In this document: positions 17,112-23,558 of the stretch, in pieces
Layout: each line of letters opens with the position of its first letter
Position numbering within the stretch: the stretch's first letter is position 1
Source: Candidatus Hermodarchaeota archaeon
GTDB taxonomy: Archaea > Asgardarchaeota > Lokiarchaeia > Sigyniarchaeales > SOKP01
Direction: 5' to 3'
DNA: 23,558 bases
NCBI GenBank assembly: GCA_048885535.1
Contig: JBHLLO010000044.1
Coordinates: 1 to 23,558 of the forward strand
The notes under the pieces: model-generated
The model's database searches: none
What the model was told of the DNA's origin: nothing
What the model saw: only the letters and a program-made list of their open reading frames with translations
Translations under genes and position numbers: made by a program

Positions 17112-18345
17112 TTCTTTCCCTCCTTTTACCCATTTTTTCAACTAATTTATCTACTATATCTTCGAAATCTAAATCCTCTGGTTTGGGAACGAATTTAACC
17201 TCAATCTTTTGTTCCATAACGTCAATCCCTGTTGCTTCTAATTCTTTTATTATTTCTTTTACTGCCCCACCACCCCATCCATAGGATCCAAAGGCCATTC
17301 CTATTTTATTCATTGGTTTCAATCCTCTTTGATAACTTAAATATTCCGCAACTAAGGGATAAAGACCATTATTTAAGGTTGGGCTTCCCACTAAAATAGC
17401 GTTAGCTTTCATCGCTTCTGTAATAACATCAGAATAATCTGCATTAGTTAATCTATATCTTTTAACACGAATTCCTCTATGGCTAATCTCTTTATATAAT
17501 GCTTGTGCTATCTTCTCTGTACTACCCCACATGGTATCATATACAATCAATACACTTTTTCCATCAATTAATCCCGCTGACCATTTCTTATAAGCCTCAA
17601 CTATCTTTGCTATATAAGTTCTCCAGCAGATACCGTGAGAAGGACAGATTATATCAATAGGTAGAGAACCTACTTTCGGTAGCGCTTTTGCTATCAGTCC
17701 TGATAAGTGAAGTAATATATTTGCATAATATTTCTCAGCTTCCCACATGATCTCAGAGAGATCATTTTCATCGTCCCATCTTTTTGAGGTGGCAAAGTGT
17801 TGCCCAAAAGCATCGTTTGAGAAAAGCACATTTTGGCCATTATCGTCTGTCATGAAAGATACCATAGAATCTGGCCAATGAATCATAGGAATTGGTACAA
17901 ATGTAAATTTCTTGCCATTCCCAATATCTAATGTATCTCCTTCTTTCACAGCTCTAATTTTATTAAATATATCCTTCTTAACTTCTTCATGGAAGTGCAT
18001 CTCCAGATTTTCTTTTCCCCGTTGAGATGCAATTATTTCTGCGTTAGGAAGATATTTCAAAATTAAGGGAAATGAACCCGAATGATCTGGTTCCACATGA
18101 TTTACAATAAAATAATTAATCTCACTAGGATTGCAAACATTTTTTATGTTTTCTAAGAAATGCTCGAAATAAGGACGCTTAACAGTATCAATTAATACTG
18201 TTTTTTCCCCAGATTTAACAATGTAAGCATTATAAGAAGAACCTTTATGAGTTGAGTACCCATGGAAATTTCTGACTTCAAAATCAATATATCCCACAAA
18301 AAATACATCCTTCATTAATTCTAAATGTGTCAAAATTCTGTTCAC
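17101..18345 (-). CDS. fprA: Flavodiiron protein (FprA; O2/NO reductase)
   Basis: MBL di-iron ligands NHVEPDH, HWPDSM, SNDAFG and PSHG, plus a flavodoxin domain (YDTMWGST, GSPT, FGSYGWGG). Confidence 0.95.
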   Translation of the reverse strand: MNRILTHLELMKDVFFVGYIDFEVRNFHGYSTHKGSSYNAYIVKSGEKTVLIDTVKRPYFEHFLENIKNVCNPSEINYFIVNHVEPDHSGSFPLILKYLPNAEIIASQRGKENLEMHFHEEVKKDIFNKIRAVKEGDTLDIGNGKKFTFVPIPMIHWPDSMVSFMTDDNGQNVLFSNDAFGQHFATSKRWDDENDLSEIMWEAEKYYANILLHLSGLIAKALPKVGSLPIDIICPSHGICWRTYIAKIVEAYKKWSAGLIDGKSVLIVYDTMWGSTEKIAQALYKEISHRGIRVKRYRLTNADYSDVITEAMKANAILVGSPTLNNGLYPLVAEYLSYQRGLKPMNKIGMAFGSYGWGGGAVKEIIKELEATGIDVMEQKIEVKFVPKPEDLDFEDIVDKLVEKMGKRRERIGF

Positions 18346-18454
18346 TCTATTTTTAGGACTTAATTAATTACTATCGTTACATTTCGGTATAATTATAAAT
18401 TTATTTTCTATTTTTTATAAAAATCTAAGGAAAACACTCATACTATATGAAATT

Positions 18455-18652
18455 TCATTCTAAAGGCCATTCTAATAATGAGATAATTAAATTTTGCATA
18501 GAGAGGTCCCCTCGAGTAAATTGCCCAACAAAATGCTCTTTACCAAACATCTTCCGAACAATAAATCTTAGCAAATTCTTATCCTTATATCCTTGACTTA
18601 TACCTTCATTTCTATATTTAAATGCATTCCTATGTAAATTTTAAATTTCCAT
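18455..18652 (-). pseudogene. Possible gene remnant resembling the C-terminus of an MBL-fold hydrolase
   Basis: Reads MEI*NLHRNAFKYRNEGISQGYKDKNLLRFIVRKMFGKEHFVGQFTRGDLSMQNLIISLLEWPLE*, with an in-frame TAA after 3 codons. The family resemblance is from memory only. Confidence 0.35.
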
Positions 18653-18722
18653 TATTTTTTCTGGAAAAAAATGGAAGAAAATGGTTAAAAATTTAAAAAA
18701 AAGAGAAAATTAATGAAAATAA

Positions 18723-18863
18723 TTAATCAGAAATCTTTTCAAAGAAAGATTTGTCAACACCGCAAACTGGACACACCCAATCATCGGGTAAGTCCTCCCA
18801 TTTAGTGTCTTCAGCATCCTCATCATAAATATAGCCACATGCAGAACATTCGTAGCGTGCCAA
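18723..18863 (-). CDS. Rubredoxin (46 aa); missing from the ORF track
   Basis: TTG start. [46 protein letters not shown] has the canonical CxxCGY and [11 protein letters not shown] motifs. Confidence 0.95.
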   Translation of the reverse strand: MARYECSACGYIYDEDAEDTKWEDLPDDWVCPVCGVDKSFFEKISD

Positions 18864-18974
18864 TTAATGTCACTTCATTTTTATTGATTATTTTTGATTT
18901 TAAATGTAGTATTTATTAAAAAATTTAATTAAATATTTTATAAATATGAAAATATTCCAGTTAGACAATAAATT

Positions 18975-19112
18975 TTATTCTTTTTTAATAAAAAAGTGTT
19001 TTGAAGCTCGACATTTGGGGCATTTGAAATCAACATCCAATTTTTCGAAATTGAGCTGTTCTTCTCCTTCTATATACAAATAATTACATCTTTTACATCG
19101 ATATACTTGAAT
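18975..19112 (-). CDS. Rubredoxin-like protein (45 aa, ATT start); missing from the ORF track
   Basis: (M)QVYRCKRCNYLYIEGEEQLNFEKLDVDFKCPKCRASKHFFIKKE has two CxxC motifs at rubredoxin spacing. GGAGGTG SD lies 6 nt before the ATT. Confidence 0.85.
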   Translation of the reverse strand: MQVYRCKRCNYLYIEGEEQLNFEKLDVDFKCPKCRASKHFFIKKE

Positions 19113-19115
19113 TGT

Positions 19116-20462
19116 CTACACCTCCTTTTTAATAAATTCATCTTTAGAACCGCTACATCCAACACATTTAAAATCATCAGATAGGTCCTTAAAGAGCACC
19201 TGCATCTCGGCCTCATCGTATTCCCATCCACAACTAGGGCATTGCCATACATATAATTCGAGCATTTTTTTCACTTCTTCCTTATTTATTGCTTTCTCCA
19301 TATTTTGGCTTACATAATTGATATTTTTGGTCTCGCCAAATAAAATAGCGCCTTTTATTTTATTATCTTTTAATACGATTTTTTGATAACAACAATCTTT
19401 CTTATCAGCTTTTTTTAATATTTCCCATCCTCCTCCGTGTTCTTCAGGAGGACTAAATTGCCCTATTGAAGTTAGATTTATTCCAATAACTTTCAAGGTA
19501 TTTTTTGGAATAGTACCCACATATTCTTTCTTTTTATCACCTAGAATACGAGATGCAAGGATCTTTGATTGTTCAACGCAAGCAGGGATAATACCATATA
19601 TTTGGTTATTATATTCTATACAATCTCCTACAGCAAAAACATTATCCATACTTGTCTCTAAAAATTGATTTACGATAATGCCTTTATTGGTTTCAATTCC
19701 TACTTCTTTCGCAATATCGATTGTTGGATTTATCCCTGCCTGGATTAGAACTAACTCACTTTTTAAAATAGTTCCGTCTTTTAATTTTATCCCCAGCACT
19801 CCATCATTTACTAAAATCTCCTCCGTTACTGCTCCTAGAACTACCTTTATACCCATCTTTTCAATTTCATCTTTTAACATATCTCCACATTCTGTATCTA
19901 ACTGTCGTGGTAAAAGGCGAGGAAAGAATTCTACAACTGTTGTATCAAGGTTACAATTTTTAATTTGACGTGCTAATTCTAATCCGAGCAATCCTCCGCC
20001 AATGATAATGGCTTTTTCTATATGTTCTTCTTTTATGAATTTTCTTATATTTAGAGCATCATCAATAGACCTTAAAGTAAAAACTCCCCTTTCAATCATG
20101 TTGGAAGCATTTTTAATAGAAGGAGGAATATTAGGAACACTACCTAAAGCAAGAACCAACTTATCATAAGATACTGGTGTTTTTTCGCCTTCAATAATTA
20201 CTTTTTTCTCATTAGGCTTAATTTGGACTACTTTTTTTCCTAAATAGGTTTTAATATTATTATTTTTATACCAATCCTCTTTATATACAATTAATTTATC
20301 AATAGAGGTTTTTTCAGAAATAAGTTCAGGAATCTTTATTCTCCAATAATAAGGATATTTTTCATGGGAATAAATATCAATATCAACTTCTTTATCTGAA
20401 TTTCTAATATTTTGAGCTGTGAATATTCCAGATATCCCATTTCCAACAATGACAATTTTCAT
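19116..20462 (-). CDS. NAD(P)H:rubredoxin oxidoreductase (NirB/NROR-like FAD protein) with a fused C-terminal rubredoxin domain
   Basis: GNGISG FAD motif, GGGLLGLE NADH motif, AVGDC, and C-terminal WQCPSCGWEYDE...FKCVGC. Confidence 0.92.
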   Translation of the reverse strand: MKIVIVGNGISGIFTAQNIRNSDKEVDIDIYSHEKYPYYWRIKIPELISEKTSIDKLIVYKEDWYKNNNIKTYLGKKVVQIKPNEKKVIIEGEKTPVSYDKLVLALGSVPNIPPSIKNASNMIERGVFTLRSIDDALNIRKFIKEEHIEKAIIIGGGLLGLELARQIKNCNLDTTVVEFFPRLLPRQLDTECGDMLKDEIEKMGIKVVLGAVTEEILVNDGVLGIKLKDGTILKSELVLIQAGINPTIDIAKEVGIETNKGIIVNQFLETSMDNVFAVGDCIEYNNQIYGIIPACVEQSKILASRILGDKKKEYVGTIPKNTLKVIGINLTSIGQFSPPEEHGGGWEILKKADKKDCCYQKIVLKDNKIKGAILFGETKNINYVSQNMEKAINKEEVKKMLELYVWQCPSCGWEYDEAEMQVLFKDLSDDFKCVGCSGSKDEFIKKEV

Positions 20463-20676
20463 AGAAATAATAGAGGATTCACCTTATTTTAAACTTATTA
20501 TTATAAGTCGAAAATTCTTTACTTTCGAACTTAATTTGAGATTTTATGTTATAGCAGTTAGAACATGTTCGAATTTAATTTTAAATTGAAGCCTTCATTT
20601 GAAATATTTGGTTTATAAGAACCAACTTTATTAATTGAAATTACTTAACAAAAAATACAAATGAAGGTAATGAAAT

Positions 20677-22581
20677 ATGGAAGGAGAAAGATTATCTTAT
20701 CATAAATCAGTTCAAAAAGTATATGAACGCATTAAAAAGGATGGAATGACGAATATTTGGGATCGTTTTGAAGCCCAAGGTTTTGGGGGGGTTCCTGATA
20801 AAAGATGTCCATTTTGTTTAAAAGGTGCTCGTTGTGATTTATGTTCTAATGGTCCTTGTCGTGCTGACGCATCAATAGATAAACGAGGTGTTTGCGGTAT
20901 TACTGCTGACGGAATGGCTATGAGAATGATGCTACTTAGAAATGTCATGGGTGCTTCTACTTATCATTATCATACTGAAACAACCTTGAAAACATTAAAA
21001 GCTACAGTTGAGGGGAAAACACCTTTTAAAATAAGTGAACCAGAAAAGCTAAAAAGTTTTGCTAACCGTCTTGGAATTGACATTACTGGGGATCTAAACG
21101 ATATCGCATTAAAATTATTTGATTTTGTCAGAGAAGACTATAATCGTTCTTATACTGAGCCCAGTAAAGTTGTAGAAGCCTTAGCACCAAAAGAAAGAAA
21201 AGAAGCATGGAGAAAATTAGGTATTTTTCCTGGTGGTCTTTATGGAGAAATGATGTTTTCTACGAGTTCCTGTTTAACTAATGTTGATGGCTATTATGCT
21301 AGCCTTGCCTTAAAAGCAATGCGCTTAGGAATAGCAATGGCATATCAAAGCCAAATAGTAAACGAATTTGTTCAAGATATCTTATTCAACATTCCTAGGC
21401 CTCATAAAATGCGCGTAAATTTAGGAGTTCTAGATCCTGATTATGTAAATGTTTTACCTAATGGTCATGAACCATTTTTAGGATTTGCTATGGTGCAACT
21501 CGCGCGAAAACCTGAATGGCAAGAGAAGGCTAGAGCAGTAGGAGCAAAGGGACTAAGAATCATAGCTAATATAGAAACTGGACAAGAAATGATCCAAAGA
21601 TGGGAAATGGATGACGTATTTTTTGGCTTCACTGGAAATTGGATAATGCAGGAAGCTGTCTTAGCAAGTGGATGTATTGATGCATTTGTATGCGATATGA
21701 ATTGTTGTATGCCTATTGACCCATTATATGCGAAAAAATACAAATTCAAATTAGTACCTGTATCTGAAGTGGTGGTTTTTGAAGGAATTGATGAACGAGT
21801 CGATTATATACCAGAAAAAGGAGAGGAGCAAGCAGCAAAGCTACTTCAAATGGCAATCGACAACTTTAAGGAACGACGTGCGAGTATTGAACCTATTAAA
21901 GAACTCGATATGAGTGAGGCAGTAGTTGGATTTTCAACAGAAAGCATAGTGGAAGCGTTAGGAGGTACACTTGATCTATTATTAAATGCCATAAAAGATG
22001 GAACAATAAGAGGAGTTGCTGGATTAATTTCTTGTACAACCCTCCGTGATTATGGTCAAGATGTGCATACAGTTGATATCGCAAAAGAATTGATAAAAAG
22101 GGATGTTTTAGTGTTATCAATGGGTTGTGGAAATGGCGGGGTTCAAGTCGCAGGTTTATGCTTACCTGAAGCGAAGGAGCTGGCTGGACCAGGACTTAAG
22201 AATCTTTGTGAAAAACTTGGTATCCCTCCTGTTTTAAGTTATGGAACGTGTACCGATACAGGGCGGGTAGCAGATCTGATTGCCGCAGTTTCAAATGCTT
22301 TAGGCGGAGTTCCAATCCCTGATTTGCCTGTGGTGGCCGTAGCTCCAGAATACATGGAACAGAAGGCAACTATAGATGCGATATTTGCGCTAGCCTTTGG
22401 ACTATATACTTACGTTAATCCCGTGCCCACAGTAACTGGAGGACCCGATTTAGTCAAACTTTTGACAGTAGATTGCAAAGATCTAACAGGGGGCATATTA
22501 CATGTTGAAACAGATACTAAAGAGGCTGTGGATGCCATGCTAAACCATATTGAAGACAATAGAAAAAAGTTAGGAATATAA
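20677..22581 (+). CDS. cooS: Anaerobic CO dehydrogenase family protein (CooS), divergent CooS-V/clade-D-like variant
   Basis: B-cluster CDLCSNGPC...GVCG. C-cluster ligand motifs NGHEP, DMNC, SCTT, GCG and GTCTD, and catalytic EQKA. The GxCCTG motif is replaced by NIETG. Confidence 0.92.
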   Translation: MEGERLSYHKSVQKVYERIKKDGMTNIWDRFEAQGFGGVPDKRCPFCLKGARCDLCSNGPCRADASIDKRGVCGITADGMAMRMMLLRNVMGASTYHYHTETTLKTLKATVEGKTPFKISEPEKLKSFANRLGIDITGDLNDIALKLFDFVREDYNRSYTEPSKVVEALAPKERKEAWRKLGIFPGGLYGEMMFSTSSCLTNVDGYYASLALKAMRLGIAMAYQSQIVNEFVQDILFNIPRPHKMRVNLGVLDPDYVNVLPNGHEPFLGFAMVQLARKPEWQEKARAVGAKGLRIIANIETGQEMIQRWEMDDVFFGFTGNWIMQEAVLASGCIDAFVCDMNCCMPIDPLYAKKYKFKLVPVSEVVVFEGIDERVDYIPEKGEEQAAKLLQMAIDNFKERRASIEPIKELDMSEAVVGFSTESIVEALGGTLDLLLNAIKDGTIRGVAGLISCTTLRDYGQDVHTVDIAKELIKRDVLVLSMGCGNGGVQVAGLCLPEAKELAGPGLKNLCEKLGIPPVLSYGTCTDTGRVADLIAAVSNALGGVPIPDLPVVAVAPEYMEQKATIDAIFALAFGLYTYVNPVPTVTGGPDLVKLLTVDCKDLTGGILHVETDTKEAVDAMLNHIEDNRKKLGI

Positions 22582-22627
22582 ACCATTTTTTTAATTTCTT
22601 TTTTACTTTTTTTCTCAAAGAAAATAA

Positions 22628-23558
22628 TTAATAATCTAAATCCCCATTTTTTATTAAAATCTTGGTTGAACCATCTTTATAAGTAACTTTTATTGTTGGT
22701 TTATAGAATAAGAAATCTCTATGTGTCATTGATGTATTTTGTCCACCAACCATATCTGTGTTATTACCGAAGGCAATATGTGCAGTATTAATTGCCTTTT
22801 CATCCTCAAGTAGAACTCCACGTAATTTTGCACCGGGGTTAAGTCCTATTCCTAATTCTCCAATAATTCTCGCATATTCATCTAAATTGATCAGTTGTTT
22901 AACTTTTTTAACTAATTTTTTATCCTCACTCTTTATATCAACAATTTTCCCACTCTTTACAGAAATTCTCAAAGGTTTCTTAACTTTACCAATATCACCA
23001 ATCGAACCATCACATACAATAAGCCCATCTCCTTTAGATTCAATAGGACCACACCATATTTCTCCACAAGGTAGATTGGCAAAATATGGTTGTTTTGTAA
23101 TTTTCGCATCATTTGAAAATAAACGATCTCTAATATACAACATGATATCTGTTCCTGCGGGTGCAATTATGTGTGCGATTTCAGCATTTTCAAAGCCTTT
23201 AATCATATGCTCTGTCTTTTTAACCATTAATTCATAATCAACGTTCATAGGTCCATCAATCAGCATAGCTTTAGTAATGCCGACTCCATGGCCTACTTTA
23301 ATTGATTTAGTAGCGAGAATTAACTTTACCCATTTAACTCTGAATGGTGTCTCTTCTGCCAATCCTCGAAATGCATTAATTACAATTGTAGCTCCTTTCA
23401 TCATTTCTTTCATTTTTTTTGGTATTTCTATCAATGGTCGCTTCTTTTTTGGTAGTAAATATAACATTGCTTCACATCCATAATAAATAGCAGCGTTATA
23501 GAATGCTTTACCTACTTTTTTAGTAAAATTATCTGTTATTATGAGAACTACATCATCC
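22628..23558 (-). CDS. Thermophilic metalloprotease M29 / AmpS-like aminopeptidase, 5'-truncated by the window
   Basis: The frame is open to the window end (DDVVLIITDNFTKKVGKAFYNAA...). Motifs GTD, NLPCGE, GELGIGLNP, EDEK, HIAFG and HRD. Confidence 0.92.
   Translation of the reverse strand, partial: DDVVLIITDNFTKKVGKAFYNAAIYYGCEAMLYLLPKKKRPLIEIPKKMKEMMKGATIVINAFRGLAEETPFRVKWVKLILATKSIKVGHGVGITKAMLIDGPMNVDYELMVKKTEHMIKGFENAEIAHIIAPAGTDIMLYIRDRLFSNDAKITKQPYFANLPCGEIWCGPIESKGDGLIVCDGSIGDIGKVKKPLRISVKSGKIVDIKSEDKKLVKKVKQLINLDEYARIIGELGIGLNPGAKLRGVLLEDEKAINTAHIAFGNNTDMVGGQNTSMTHRDFLFYKPTIKVTYKDGSTKILIKNGDLDY

Noticed and set aside
17112-17141. Longer acyl-CoA dehydrogenase start at 17141
   Set aside because: The extra 10 codons contain the GGAGG SD, and TTG 17111 gives the family-typical MDFxL N-terminus.
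19070-19252. 60-aa alternative-frame ORF on the minus strand (likewise 22969-23166)
   Set aside because: It overlaps the motif-bearing rubredoxin domains (or the aminopeptidase) in another frame and has no recognisable features.
6055-23483. Short ORFs antisense to clear genes (6055-6333, 10804-11037, 11128-11322, 16741-16923, 19678-19968, 20712-20948, 21465-21749, 21896-22120, 22758-23237, 23277-23483)
   Set aside because: They lie wholly or almost wholly opposite well-supported genes, show S/I/F/P-rich shadow composition, and have no motifs.
1-23558. Selenoproteins (in-frame TGA) and SECIS elements
   Set aside because: Redox-active positions in TusA, DsrE, IscS, IscU and CooS are sense codons, and the TGA stops at 4980 and 6368 are not followed by conserved-looking coding sequence.
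1-23558. CRISPR arrays, transposases, integrases, phage genes
   Set aside because: No regularly spaced repeats or mobile-element protein motifs were seen. The A/T runs between genes are explained as terminators.

Overview
This is an AT-rich (roughly 30% GC by eye), gene-dense chromosomal window from an anaerobic archaeon. TATA-type promoters, GGAGGTG-type Shine-Dalgarno (SD) sites, oligo-T terminators, CdhE and an alpha-SNAP-like repeat protein suggest an Asgard (Lokiarchaeia-like) origin, which is an inference. Left part: 3' part of cdhE/acsC, a HAD hydrolase, an alpha-SNAP/TPR-like protein, an unannotated ubiquitin-fold sulfur carrier ending in GG-R, and a minus-strand ABC ATPase / FtsX permease / coiled-coil / RNase Z run. 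Middle: an unannotated ~160-nt structured element with its own TATA box and T-run (candidate novel ncRNA), an orphan corrinoid protein, a tusA-dsrE-iscS-iscU operon and a methyltransferase. In that operon IscS has Asp in place of the PLP Schiff-base lysine and IscU is fused to a degenerate thioredoxin-reductase domain. Right part: an oxygen-defence island (rubrerythrin, desulfoferrodoxin, flavodiiron protein overlapping an acyl-CoA dehydrogenase, two unannotated rubredoxins, NADH:rubredoxin oxidoreductase-rubredoxin fusion), a divergent CooS with a Cys-to-Glu C-cluster substitution, and a partial M29 aminopeptidase. Four genes appear to start at ATA/ATT codons. I saw no CRISPR array, tRNA, rRNA or transposase.
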